Shown one piece after another: positions 40,782-50,174 of a stretch of DNA of 64,000 nucleotides. Source of the DNA: Candidatus Binatia bacterium. GTDB lineage: Bacteria; Desulfobacterota; Binatia; UBA1149; CAITLU01. The stretch spans positions 201-64,200 of the forward strand of contig DASXOZ010000081.1 in NCBI GenBank assembly GCA_036493895.1, in the 5' to 3' direction. Positions within the stretch are counted from its first letter, which is position 1, and the number at the start of each line of letters is the position of its first letter. The position numbers and the translations under genes were made by a program. The notes under the pieces are model-generated. The model saw only the letters and a list, made by a program, of their open reading frames with translations. It had not been told where the DNA came from and ran no database searches.

Positions 40782-41255
40782 TTGGACGGCAAATTGAACG
40801 AGATACTTCGACTCTTTGTGATTCTCGGCGCCGCATCTCTTCTGCTGACAGCGTCCGCAGCCGCTGAGGAGCCGAATCGTTTTGCTGTCGCGGGTCTCAG
40901 CGAAACCCAAGCGCGAACGTTTTTCGAAAAACTCCAGAATGTCATTCGCAGTGGCAATGGTGATCGATTGGCAGATCTCATGTCCTTTCCCCTCTTCGTT
41001 CACTCTTCGAGTAACTCGATGACCGTCGGACAGCGCGCGGATTTTCTAGCTGGCGTCAATCGGATCTTCACACCAGACATAAGAGCCCGAATACTCTCGC
41101 AACGTTTCGACGACTTTTTCGCCAATGGGCGAGGCGTCATGATTGCGAACGGTTCAGTATGGTTCTCCGGGATCTGCTCCGCGACGTCGTCGCCAGGGTC
41201 CTGTGAGATCGAGCGAGTCCTCGTGGTTAGCGTGAATCTTGATGCGCCAACGTGA
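40782..41255 (+). CDS. Secreted protein of unknown function inside the lower-GC island
   Basis: N-terminal signal-like LNEILRLFVILGAASLLLTASAAAEEP. A TTG start is implied (40782 or 40794); there is no ATG. Confidence 0.45.
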   Translation: MDGKLNEILRLFVILGAASLLLTASAAAEEPNRFAVAGLSETQARTFFEKLQNVIRSGNGDRLADLMSFPLFVHSSSNSMTVGQRADFLAGVNRIFTPDIRARILSQRFDDFFANGRGVMIANGSVWFSGICSATSSPGSCEIERVLVVSVNLDAPT

Positions 41256-41264
41256 GGGTCGCAT

Positions 41265-42788
41265 ATGAATAGAGGTGTCGTGAATCCCTTCGCGAGAAGC
41301 CGCGGGGTCTGCTTCGTAGCGGTCGTTGCGCTCGCAGGCTGTTCGGCCTCGTCCTTCCCGCCGAAGCCAGGCGAGACGATGCCCCGCGATGGCGCGGCTG
41401 CCACCGCCGTCCCATCGATCGACGCAACGAAAAGCCCACTCGCCGCCCCGTACGTCGACGTCGCCCGGCGCATCCGCGACGCGAGCCTCGCCAGCGACCG
41501 CGCGTTCGAGCGGCTCGGCTATCTCACCGACAAAATCGGCCCGCGCCTGTCGGGCTCGACCGCGCTGGAGCATGCGGTCCAGTGGGCTCGCGACTGCTTC
41601 GTCGCCGACGGCCAGGCGAACGTGACGCTGGAGCCGGTGCAGGTTCCCCACTGGGTTCGCGGCGCGGCGTCCGCGACCGTGGTGACGCCCGTGCAGCGCA
41701 CACTGTCGCTGCTGGCGCTCGGCGGAAGCGTCGCGACGGCGCCACAAGGCCTCACGGCGCCGGTGATGGTCGTCGGTTCGTTCGACGAGCTGGAGTCGCG
41801 CAAGGCCGAAGCGAAAGGCAAGATCGTGCTGTTCGATCATCCGATGGCGAGCCAGGGCAGCGCGGGCCGCAACTACGGCGAGGCGCTGCCGTATCGCACG
41901 ACGGGTGCAATGCGTGCCGCGCCGCTCGGCGCGAGGGCCGTGCTGGTGCGGTCGCTGACGGCCCGAAGCCTCGGCAGCCCGCACACCGGCTACATGCGCT
42001 ACCCCGATCCGCCGATGGCAGACGTGCCGAAGATCCCTGCTGCGGCGATTTCGGTCGAAGACGCCGAGCTGCTGCACCGCCTCGTCCGCCGCGGCGACAA
42101 GCCGTTCGTTCACCTCGCGATGTCGCCTCGGATGCTGCCTGACGCAAAGTCCGCGAACGTGCTCGCCGAGATTCCGGGTCGCGACCTCGCGCAGGAAGTG
42201 GTCGTCATCGGCGCCCATCTGGATTCGTGGGACGTCGGGCAGGGAGCCCAGGACGATGGCGCCGGCGTCGTCGTCGTGATGGAGGCGCTTGCCACTCTGC
42301 GGAAGCTCGGCCTGGAGCCGCGCCGCACGATCCGCGCGGTGCTGTTCACCAACGAGGAGAACGGAGTGCACGGCGCTGCGCAATACGAGGCTGACCATCG
42401 CGACCAGCTCTCGCATCACGTCGCGGCTTTCGAGATCGACTCGGGAGCCGGCGCGCCGCGAGGATTCATGACCGACGGTGACCAGCCGTTTCTCGGCCAG
42501 GCGCGCGAGATCGCGTCGCTGCTCGCCCCGGTCGGCGCCGACACGGTGCTCCCCGGTTTTTCCGGCGAGGACGTCTCCGCGATGAAGCCCGAAAAGGTTC
42601 CTCTGTTCGGGGTCCTGCTCGATGGCGAGCACTACTTCGACGTGCACCACTCGGTGGCCGACACCCTCGACAAGATCGATCCGGCGCAGCTGCGCAAAAC
42701 CGTCGCTGCGCTGGCGACGATGGCGTTCGTCGTCGCCGACCGGGAGGACACCTGGAGCACGGCCCCGGCGCCGGCCGCAGGTCGATGA
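41265..42788 (+). CDS. M28-family aminopeptidase with a PA domain; lipoprotein
   Basis: Lipobox VVALAGCS. VVIGAHLDSWDVGQGAQDDGAGVVVVMEA and LFTNEENGVHGA are M28 zinc-ligand motifs. Confidence 0.8.
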   Translation: MNRGVVNPFARSRGVCFVAVVALAGCSASSFPPKPGETMPRDGAAATAVPSIDATKSPLAAPYVDVARRIRDASLASDRAFERLGYLTDKIGPRLSGSTALEHAVQWARDCFVADGQANVTLEPVQVPHWVRGAASATVVTPVQRTLSLLALGGSVATAPQGLTAPVMVVGSFDELESRKAEAKGKIVLFDHPMASQGSAGRNYGEALPYRTTGAMRAAPLGARAVLVRSLTARSLGSPHTGYMRYPDPPMADVPKIPAAAISVEDAELLHRLVRRGDKPFVHLAMSPRMLPDAKSANVLAEIPGRDLAQEVVVIGAHLDSWDVGQGAQDDGAGVVVVMEALATLRKLGLEPRRTIRAVLFTNEENGVHGAAQYEADHRDQLSHHVAAFEIDSGAGAPRGFMTDGDQPFLGQAREIASLLAPVGADTVLPGFSGEDVSAMKPEKVPLFGVLLDGEHYFDVHHSVADTLDKIDPAQLRKTVAALATMAFVVADREDTWSTAPAPAAGR

Positions 42789-43978
42789 GCCCGACTGTGA
42801 CGGCGAACGCGGGCCCGACGGTATTGCAACCGGCAGCGCCTGCACCGCGGGCGAGTGCGGCCCCGTCTCCACTCGGCCGCCTCGTCGCTCTCGACTGGAT
42901 GCGCGGGCTGGTGATGGTGCTGATGGCGCTCGACCACAGCTCCGACGCGTTCAACGCCGGCAGGGTATTCGGCGACAGCGCAGGTTCCTGGCATGCGGGT
43001 ACGCCGATCGCGGCCGACCAGTTCTTCGTGCGCTGGGTGACGCACCTGTGTGCGCCGACTTTCGTATTTCTCGCGGGCACCGGCCTCGCGTTCTCCGTCA
43101 GAAAGGAGCTCTCGAGCGGAAAAACCCAGCGCGACGTCGACCGCTACATGCTGACACGCGGCGTGGTGATCGCCGCGTTCGAGCTGTGGATCTCGTACTT
43201 CGTGATGCCGAAGGGCCAGTACCTTTTCCAGGTCCTGTACGCGATCGGCACGAGCTACCTGCTGATGATCCCGCTGCGAAGGCTCGGCGACCGTCTCGCC
43301 CTGGTGCTGGCAGTCTCGATGATGCTCGGCCTCGAGCTCGTCTGCGGGGTTCTGCTCGGCTCGTACGGCGGACGGCCGCCACTGTGGGCGATGTTGCTCT
43401 TCGTTCCCGGCAATCCTCCGCATCTGTTCATCGGCTATCCGACCTTGCACTGGTTGGCGCTGATGCTGCTCGGCTGGTGCTTCGGCAGCTACCTGATCCG
43501 GAATCCGCAGACCGCGGTCGACCTGGCGCGCAAACTGCTTGCGGCCGGAGGCGCGTTGCTGCTGTGTTTCGCCGTCGTCCGCGGTCTCGATGGCTACGGC
43601 AACATGGCGCTCTACCGCGACGACGCGTCCGTCGTGCAGTGGCTGCACGTCAGCAAGTATCCGCCGAGCCTCGCGTTCGACACTCTCGAGTTGGGCATCT
43701 GCTTCGTGCTGCTGTCCCTCCTCTTCGCGCTTTCGGCCACGCGCGCGCCGCGGCCGGCCAGCCTGCTGCTGGTGCTCGGACGCACGCCGATGTTCTTCTA
43801 TCTGCTGCACTTCCCGCTGCTCGTCACTGCCGCGCAGCTTCTCGGCGTCGAGCACAAGCTCGGCATCCCGGCTGCCTTCCTCGGTGCGACTACCGTCGTC
43901 GCGGTACTGTATCCGGCCTGTCGCGCGTACGGGCGCTACAAGGCGGCCCACAAGCAGGGGTGGGCGCGCTACATTTGA
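42785..43978 (+). CDS. DUF1624 / HGSNAT-like transmembrane acyltransferase
   Basis: RLVALDWMRGLVMVLMALDHS is the N-terminal motif of DUF1624, followed by about 10 TM helices. It overlaps the upstream stop (ATGA). Confidence 0.7.
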   Translation: MSPTVTANAGPTVLQPAAPAPRASAAPSPLGRLVALDWMRGLVMVLMALDHSSDAFNAGRVFGDSAGSWHAGTPIAADQFFVRWVTHLCAPTFVFLAGTGLAFSVRKELSSGKTQRDVDRYMLTRGVVIAAFELWISYFVMPKGQYLFQVLYAIGTSYLLMIPLRRLGDRLALVLAVSMMLGLELVCGVLLGSYGGRPPLWAMLLFVPGNPPHLFIGYPTLHWLALMLLGWCFGSYLIRNPQTAVDLARKLLAAGGALLLCFAVVRGLDGYGNMALYRDDASVVQWLHVSKYPPSLAFDTLELGICFVLLSLLFALSATRAPRPASLLLVLGRTPMFFYLLHFPLLVTAAQLLGVEHKLGIPAAFLGATTVVAVLYPACRAYGRYKAAHKQGWARYI

Positions 43979-44049
43979 TGGCGCGATGGCAGCGGTCGAG
44001 CCGGGAGTGAGGCGTGGAGGGAGTCGAACCTGCCGCTCCGACAATCTCG

Positions 44050-44721
44050 CTAGGGTTTTTTCGTCGTCGGCCTCGCGGTTTTCTTCGGTGAGGTTGCCGC
44101 TGGCGCCGACGCCGCGCCGATGACGGCCCCGGCGATTGTGTCGGCGAGGTGGTCGACGCAGCGACTGAGGGCGTCGACTACCTGGGCCGCATCGCTGCCG
44201 CCCGCCTCCTCGAACGAAGACTGCGATCCCGCGACGACCGCGCCGTCGGAAGTACGCTCGACGCGCCAGCGCGCGACGAGCACGCCGCGCCCGTCGGCCA
44301 GCGCGTCGAAGCGCAGCACGTCGACGGGGATTTTCCAGTCGACGCGCGTCGTCGAGTACCACGGATATGCCACCGCGTTGGTCGTGCCGATGCGCGCTGC
44401 GGTTCGATACAGGAGAGCGCGCGGAAAGGCCGACGCCAGCGGCTCGGCCCAGAATGCATCGTGCACGTACTCGACGGTGCCGTCGCCGGTGCGCACCAGC
44501 CCCTGCGAATCGAGGTAGCCGGGCAGGTTGACCGGTCCGAGTCCGATGCGCACTTCCGGATGCGTGGCCGCGGGCGCGCCGGCGTTCGCCTGCAGCGACG
44601 ACAACACGAAGTACCGCGACTTGTCCGGCGCGGGCTTGAGCAGCGTGCAGCCGCCGGCAGCCAGGACGGCGAGCAGCACGACGCAGGAGCGCAGGTACCG
44701 GAGCCTCGTGCGGTGTTTCAT
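44050..44721 (-). CDS. PqiC-like ABC-transport auxiliary lipoprotein (DUF330)
   Basis: Lipobox LLAVLAAGGC. It sits downstream of the MCE-domain gene, the typical mla/pqi accessory position. Confidence 0.65.
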   Translation of the reverse strand: MKHRTRLRYLRSCVVLLAVLAAGGCTLLKPAPDKSRYFVLSSLQANAGAPAATHPEVRIGLGPVNLPGYLDSQGLVRTGDGTVEYVHDAFWAEPLASAFPRALLYRTAARIGTTNAVAYPWYSTTRVDWKIPVDVLRFDALADGRGVLVARWRVERTSDGAVVAGSQSSFEEAGGSDAAQVVDALSRCVDHLADTIAGAVIGAASAPAATSPKKTARPTTKKP

Positions 44722-45695
44722 TGCGGCTTCACCTTGGGTTCTCCCTTGCCCTTGAGGAGGGCGTCGGGCTGGCGCTCGAGAAGCGCCGCCAGGTCCTTGA
44801 CGGTCTTCGCAGTCGTCTGCGCATCGTCGAGGGTCTTCTGCAGCGCGACGACGAGCGGAGAATCGGGCTGCAGCACGCTTCCGGTATTCTTGGCCGCCCC
44901 TCGCAGCTCGACCAGCGTCGATCTCAGGTCGGCCAAGGTCGGTTCGAGGTCCTTGCGCAACGGGTCGAGCACCGCGCGCGCGGTATCGGAGGTGTCGCGG
45001 AAACTGGCGAGGGCCTGGTCGAGCGTATTCATCGTCTCGTCGAGGTGGGCGATGGCAGCCTTCAGGTCCTGGGATTGCAGGATATCGTTGGCCGATGCCA
45101 GCGTCGCTTTGAAATTCTCCACGAGACCTTCGACGTCGATCCTCTGCAGGTCCGCGAAGAACTGCGCGGCCTTGAGCTGCACTTCCTCGAACGGGGTGGG
45201 CAGCGTCGGGATTTCCGGGTACGGCGCGCCGAGCTCGTCGCCGAGGCGCAGGCCCTTGGTCAGCGGGAACAGGTCGAGCTTGACGTAGAGCACACCGGTG
45301 ACGAGGCTCTCGGAAGCGAGCTGGGCCCTCAGCCCGCGCATCACCAGCGCGTTGATCGTCTCCGGGTTCGGTTTGGCTTGCGCACCGAGGCTCGCGGTCT
45401 TCTCGGCGTCGAGCTCGATGATCACCGGGACGTAGAACTTCTCGCGGGGGCCCGAAAGCTGGGCCATGTCGCCGACGCCGAGCAGCACGCTGGTGACGGT
45501 GCCGATCTGGACGCCCTTCAGCTTGACGTTCGCGCCTACCGAGAGCCCGCTGACGTCGCTCTCGAAGTAGAGGATGTACTTGTAGGTCTCGCGGAAGTAG
45601 CGACCGGAGCCGAAGACCGTCAGTCCGATGATGCCGAGCGCGATGGCGCCGATGACGAAAGCGCCGATGGCCGCCGGATTACTTTTCTTGGACAT
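44718..45695 (-). CDS. mlaD: MCE-domain protein (MlaD/PqiB-like)
   Basis: An N-terminal TM segment followed by the MCE domain (YILYFESDVSGLSVGANVKLKGVQIGTVTSV) and a long helical C-terminus. Confidence 0.85.
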   Translation of the reverse strand: MSKKSNPAAIGAFVIGAIALGIIGLTVFGSGRYFRETYKYILYFESDVSGLSVGANVKLKGVQIGTVTSVLLGVGDMAQLSGPREKFYVPVIIELDAEKTASLGAQAKPNPETINALVMRGLRAQLASESLVTGVLYVKLDLFPLTKGLRLGDELGAPYPEIPTLPTPFEEVQLKAAQFFADLQRIDVEGLVENFKATLASANDILQSQDLKAAIAHLDETMNTLDQALASFRDTSDTARAVLDPLRKDLEPTLADLRSTLVELRGAAKNTGSVLQPDSPLVVALQKTLDDAQTTAKTVKDLAALLERQPDALLKGKGEPKVKPQ

Positions 45696-46545
45696 GTCCG
45701 GCCTCCTCGCTGCCGTCGCCGCGATTGAGGAAACGGCGCACCTTCGGATCGGGAGACGAATCGCGCAGCTCGCGGGGATTGCCCTCTGCGATCATCGTGC
45801 GCGTCTCCGGGTCGAGGAAAATACTGTTGGTCGCGATCGTGAAAATGCTCGCCAGCTCGTGGGTGACGGCGACGACGGTGGCGCCGAGGCTTTCGCGCAG
45901 CTGGAGGATGAGCTCGTCGAGAAGCCGCGAGCTGATCGGATCGAGCCCCGCCGACGGCTCGTCGAAGAACAGGATGTCGGGGTCGAGCGCCATTGCGCGG
46001 GCCAGCCCGGCGCGCTTCTGCATGCCGCCGCTGATCTGCGAAGGATAGTAGTCCTCGAATCCGGCCAGCCCGACCAGCGCGAGCTTGAGCGAGGCGACTT
46101 CGCGGATCTGCGCCGGGCCGAGCGTCGTGAACTCGGTCAGCGGCAGCGAGACGTTCTCCGCCAGCGTCATCGAGCTCCACAGGCCGCCGCTCTGGTAGAG
46201 CACGCCGAAGCCGCGCAGCATCTGCTCGCGCTCTTCGGCCGATGCACGAGTGAAACTGCGGTCCCCGTAGTAGACCTCGCCTTTGGCCGGTTCGAGCAGC
46301 CCGATCATGTGTCGCAGAAGCGTGCTCTTGCCGCAGCCGCTCGCTCCCATCACGACGAAGACGTCGCCACGCCGGACCGTGAAATTGAGGTCGTGCATCA
46401 GCACGAAATCGCCGAACGCCATCGTCAGGTCGACGACGGTGATGCGCGCGTCTTCGGCAATATCCGGTTTCTTCGGTGCGGGAGCCGCCCCGTTGGCCGG
46501 TGCGTTTTCGGTCGCGGAGGCCGGCACTTCAGATGTCGAGGGCAT
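45679..46545 (-). CDS. mlaF: ABC transporter ATP-binding protein (MlaF-like)
   Basis: GASGCGKSTLL, ISGGMQKRAGLARA, ILFFDEPSAGLD. The ATG at 46545 lies inside ORF 45679..46680. Confidence 0.85.
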   Translation of the reverse strand: MPSTSEVPASATENAPANGAAPAPKKPDIAEDARITVVDLTMAFGDFVLMHDLNFTVRRGDVFVVMGASGCGKSTLLRHMIGLLEPAKGEVYYGDRSFTRASAEEREQMLRGFGVLYQSGGLWSSMTLAENVSLPLTEFTTLGPAQIREVASLKLALVGLAGFEDYYPSQISGGMQKRAGLARAMALDPDILFFDEPSAGLDPISSRLLDELILQLRESLGATVVAVTHELASIFTIATNSIFLDPETRTMIAEGNPRELRDSSPDPKVRRFLNRGDGSEEAGHVQEK

Positions 46546-47662
46546 AAAATACCACGGCGAACAGGCCGCAGGCCGAAATGATCGCGACGATGCTGCTGAC
46601 GACGGCCCTGGTGGTCGCGTCGCCGACGGCCGACGAGCTGGTGCCCGACTGCATGCCGCGCAGGCAACCGAACAGCGCAATGAGGATCCCGTAGACGCTG
46701 GCCTTGACGATACCTCCGAAGAGATCGTTCAGCGACACGGCCCACTGTGTGTACTGGTAGTAGGTCACGGGCGACAGCCCGAGGCCCAGTACGCCGACGA
46801 AGGCACCTCCGACGATCCCGACCGCATCGGAGTAGAGGCACAGGAGCGGCATCATCAGGGCCAGCGCGATCATGCGCGGCAGCACGAGGAACTCCAGCGC
46901 CGAGATCCCCATCGTCGACAACGCGTCGACTTCCTGGTTCACCTTCATGCTGCCGAGCTGCGCAGCGTAAGACGCCCCGGTGCGGCCGGCCATCACGATG
47001 CCGGTCATCATCGCGCCCATCTCGCGGACCATCGCCACGCCGACGAGGTTGGCCACGTAGATCGTCGCGCCGAACTGCTGCAGCTGGACGGCGCCGACGA
47101 ACGCGAGGATGGTGCCGACGAGAAAGCTGATCAGCGTCACGATCGGCAGGGCCTCTGCGCCGGCCTCCTGCATGAACAGTGCGATGTCGGAGCGGCGCAC
47201 GCGCGCGCGGCCGCGCAGAAGGTTGCCGAATGCGAGGACGACGGTGCCGAGGAACTCGAGCGCTTCGAAGCCTCCTTCGGCAACGGCAGTCACGCGTACG
47301 CCCAAGCGTGCGACGAGGTTCTCTTCGTCGGCGGTCGCCCGCGCCCCCTCGCGCTCGGGGACGATTTCGGCCAGGTGCAGCATGCCGCGCACGCCCTCGG
47401 GCAGGCCGCCGCGATCGATCGCGATCCCCTTGTCCTTGAGCAGCTGCTCGAAACGCAGCAGGAACACGAGCAGGCCGGAGTCCCAGCGACCGATGTGCGA
47501 AGCATCGTAGCGCGCGCTGCGGCGCCCCAGTCGCGTGACCTCGTCCGCGGACGGCTCGGGCGCGGGCAGGCTGCCCTGGATCGACCAGGCGCCCGTCAGC
47601 GTGACGAGGGCGGCATCGTCGCCGGCAGTGGAAACCTGGATCGCGGAAGCGGGATTTTCCAT
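46529..47662 (-). CDS. mlaE: MlaE-like ABC permease fused to an N-terminal STAS (MlaB-like) domain
   Basis: The N-terminal roughly 110 aa read MENPASAIQVSTAGDDAALVTLTGAWSIQ..., an anti-sigma-antagonist-like fold. The rest is an MlaE/YrbE permease (LISFLVGTILAFVGAVQL, EVDALSTMGI). Confidence 0.8.
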   Translation of the reverse strand: MENPASAIQVSTAGDDAALVTLTGAWSIQGSLPAPEPSADEVTRLGRRSARYDASHIGRWDSGLLVFLLRFEQLLKDKGIAIDRGGLPEGVRGMLHLAEIVPEREGARATADEENLVARLGVRVTAVAEGGFEALEFLGTVVLAFGNLLRGRARVRRSDIALFMQEAGAEALPIVTLISFLVGTILAFVGAVQLQQFGATIYVANLVGVAMVREMGAMMTGIVMAGRTGASYAAQLGSMKVNQEVDALSTMGISALEFLVLPRMIALALMMPLLCLYSDAVGIVGGAFVGVLGLGLSPVTYYQYTQWAVSLNDLFGGIVKASVYGILIALFGCLRGMQSGTSSSAVGDATTRAVVSSIVAIISACGLFAVVFYALDI

Positions 47663-47903
47663 GGGGGAGGGCGCTTGCGCACCCGCTCCACGAGATATCG
47701 GCCGTCAGACCGACTGGCAAGCCGGGCTGCCGCCGGACCGGCGCGGAGGCGGCAAGCATCGGGCCCGTGGATGCGCAGCCGCGCCCGGATTCGGGCAAAC
47801 CCTCCGACAGCTGCATCGCCACGGCGCTGCATGCCGTTCCTGCTCACCCGACCCGGGTTTCGCCCGCTTGTCCCTGGCAGCGGCGCAGCTATGTCCTCCA
47901 TCC

Positions 47904-48323
47904 GTGCGCCAGGATTTTACGACGATCGACGTCGAGACACGGCAGCCGGGGCTCGTCGAGATCACCGGTCGCGTGCTGGCGTGGCTCGAGGGAACCGGGA
48001 TCGACGAAGGCATCGTGACGGTGTTCATCCGCCACACCTCGGCTTCGCTGCTCATCCAGGAGAACGCCGATCCGGACGTATGCAGCGACCTCGACGCGTT
48101 TCTGCGGCGGCTCGTCCCGGAGGACTCTCGTCTTTACCGTCACACCGCCGAAGGCGACGACGACATGCCGGCGCACATCCGCGCCGCACTGACTGCAACC
48201 CAGCTTTCGATTCCGCTCGTCGCCGGAGAGCTGCGGCTCGGAACGTGGCAGGGCATCTACGTGTTCGAGCACCGGCGCGGTCGTTTTCGCCGCAGCGTCG
48301 ACCTGCACGTGATCGGCGAGTGA
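47904..48323 (+). CDS. YjbQ / UPF0047-family protein (secondary thiamine-phosphate synthase-like)
   Basis: TIDVETRQPGLVEITGRV...TVFIRHTSASLLIQENADPDV...MPAHIRAALTATQLSIPLVAGELRLGTWQGIYVFEHR. A GTG start at 47904 is in frame with ORF 47535..48323. Confidence 0.7.
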   Translation: MRQDFTTIDVETRQPGLVEITGRVLAWLEGTGIDEGIVTVFIRHTSASLLIQENADPDVCSDLDAFLRRLVPEDSRLYRHTAEGDDDMPAHIRAALTATQLSIPLVAGELRLGTWQGIYVFEHRRGRFRRSVDLHVIGE

Positions 48324-48327
48324 ATGG

Positions 48328-48762
48328 CTACGCGAGCTGGTCGAGCTTCTGCTTCAGGTTCGCGATCGCTCGCCGGACGTTGAATTTGAAAAACACCGCG
48401 GCAACCGGCTCGACGAGGTGCAAGGGGCCGCGCAGGTGAACCTCGACGGTCCACTGCACGCGCGAGCCGCCGCCGTGGTGCGTCACGACGATGGTGTCGG
48501 TGGCCGTGGCCGTGGTGCCGCGGCCCAACAGCACGGCGCGACGGTCGGGCTCCCAGGTCTCGACGTGGTACTCGAAGACATTCGTGATCCCGAACATGCG
48601 CACGGTCACGAAGAACCGTGTCCCGAGGCCGACGGGACCCGGAATGATCTGTTCCACCTTGGGAATGCTCGGGTCCCAGGCGGGGGCGTTGTTGAGGTTG
48701 GCCAGGTAAGGAAACGCCAGCTCGGGTGACGCGCTGGTTTCGAAGCGTTCGTCGAAAGTCAC
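48328..48762 (-). CDS. SRPBCC (polyketide cyclase / Bet v1-like) protein
   Basis: 144 aa of Polyketide_cyc2-like helix-grip fold. Confidence 0.6.
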   Translation of the reverse strand: MTFDERFETSASPELAFPYLANLNNAPAWDPSIPKVEQIIPGPVGLGTRFFVTVRMFGITNVFEYHVETWEPDRRAVLLGRGTTATATDTIVVTHHGGGSRVQWTVEVHLRGPLHLVEPVAAVFFKFNVRRAIANLKQKLDQLA

Positions 48763-48870
48763 GGCGCGGACTCTAGCAAACGCGCGCGGGTCTTCGGAAC
48801 GGCGCCTGCGACGGGTGCCACGGCTCCGGCCCGGCCGGGGACGAGTCTTGACCCAGCTTCGCGACGATCG

Positions 48871-50145
48871 TCACGCCATTGCCAAGGCCACTTCGATGAT
48901 GGTTCCGCCGCCGTCGCGCGGCAACGCGCGCGCCGAGCCGCCGTGCCCGAGCGCGATGCGTTGCACCAGCGCCAGGCCGAGGCCGACTCCTCCGCCTTCG
49001 CCTTCGCTGGTGCCGCTTCGCCGGTAGAACGCGTCGAATACCCGCTCTCGCTCTTCGACGGGAATTCCCGGTCCCCGGTCGAGCACGCGAAGAGTCGCGA
49101 TGCCGTCCGTTGTGTGCACTTCGGCTTCGATCACCGAGCCGCCGCCGTAACGGCGCGCGTTCTCGAACAGGTTTCGTGCAAGGCGTCGCAGCAGTCGCGC
49201 GTCACCGCGAAGCGACACGGCGCTCCCCCCGACGTCGGCGCCGACACGCGCTCCTTCTTCGGCAACGAGCGCAAGCAGGTCCACCTCGTCGCGACGCTCG
49301 AGCTGCGGCGACGCATCGAGCCGACTTGCCAGCAGGATCTCGCCGATCAGCTCGTCGAGCTCGTCGATGTCGTGCGCAATGCGTTCGCGCACCTCGGGCC
49401 TGGTGCTCTCACCGGCCAGCTCGATGGCCACGCGCATCCGTGCCAGCGGCGAACGCAGCTCGTGGGATGCCATGGCCAGCGCGTCTTTCTGCGCGTGGAC
49501 GAGCTTCTCGATCCGCTCGGCAGCACGGTTGAAGCTGCGCGCGAGGTCGGCGATTTCGTCGCGGCCTTCGACCGGCACTCGCGCCTTGAGGTCGCCGCGT
49601 CCGAGATCGTCGACGCCGCTGCGAAGCCTTTCCAGCCGGTGCGTCAGTCGGTGCGCGACCGGCAGGCTTGCGAGCGCGAGCGCGCCCGCGAGCATCACGA
49701 TCATCAGCAGCGCGCGGAACGGGCGGTACGGGTGCTCGCTGTCGCGGGCGGCCAGCAGGCGGCGCCCGTCGGGCAATGCCAGCACGGCCACCATTCCATG
49801 TCCGGGTGAGTGGCCGATGCCGCTGCCGTCGTCGCCGCCGCGCAGCGGCAGGCGGGGGGCCTCCAGCTTTTCGCCGATGCTGGCGACAGCGGCGCCGCCG
49901 CGGTCGAGCAGGGTAAGGTCCGCACCGAACTTGGTCGCCAGCCGCGAGAGCGCGTCCTGCTGCTCGGCAGCAGGATGGTCCGCACCGGGAAGCGCATCGC
50001 CGACGAGCTGGGCCACGCCGGCCAGGAACATGTCGGCCTCGCGGTCGCGCGGCGCGATCCACCACACGACGCAGGTTGCGAGCGCGAACAGGCCGAGCGC
50101 CATCACGAGCGCGAAATAGATCTGCAGGTGGAGCCGGTGACGCAT
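48871..50145 (-). CDS. Sensor histidine kinase (TM - periplasmic domain - TM - HAMP - HisKA - HATPase)
   Basis: H-box ASHELRSPL and N/G boxes (NLFENARRYG, DRGPGIP, GGVGLGLALV). The ATG at 50145 lies inside ORF 48871..50394. Confidence 0.85.
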   Translation of the reverse strand: MRHRLHLQIYFALVMALGLFALATCVVWWIAPRDREADMFLAGVAQLVGDALPGADHPAAEQQDALSRLATKFGADLTLLDRGGAAVASIGEKLEAPRLPLRGGDDGSGIGHSPGHGMVAVLALPDGRRLLAARDSEHPYRPFRALLMIVMLAGALALASLPVAHRLTHRLERLRSGVDDLGRGDLKARVPVEGRDEIADLARSFNRAAERIEKLVHAQKDALAMASHELRSPLARMRVAIELAGESTRPEVRERIAHDIDELDELIGEILLASRLDASPQLERRDEVDLLALVAEEGARVGADVGGSAVSLRGDARLLRRLARNLFENARRYGGGSVIEAEVHTTDGIATLRVLDRGPGIPVEERERVFDAFYRRSGTSEGEGGGVGLGLALVQRIALGHGGSARALPRDGGGTIIEVALAMA

Positions 50146-50174
50146 GCCGTGGCGGCCGGCAGCCGCGGCAAGGC

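Noticed and set aside
41154-42872. 572-aa minus-strand ORF
   Set aside because: It is antisense to the M28 peptidase gene and has no motifs.
46283-48439. 718-aa plus-strand ORF
   Set aside because: It is antisense to the mlaE and mlaF genes. Only the separate downstream YjbQ frame (47904-48323) is real.
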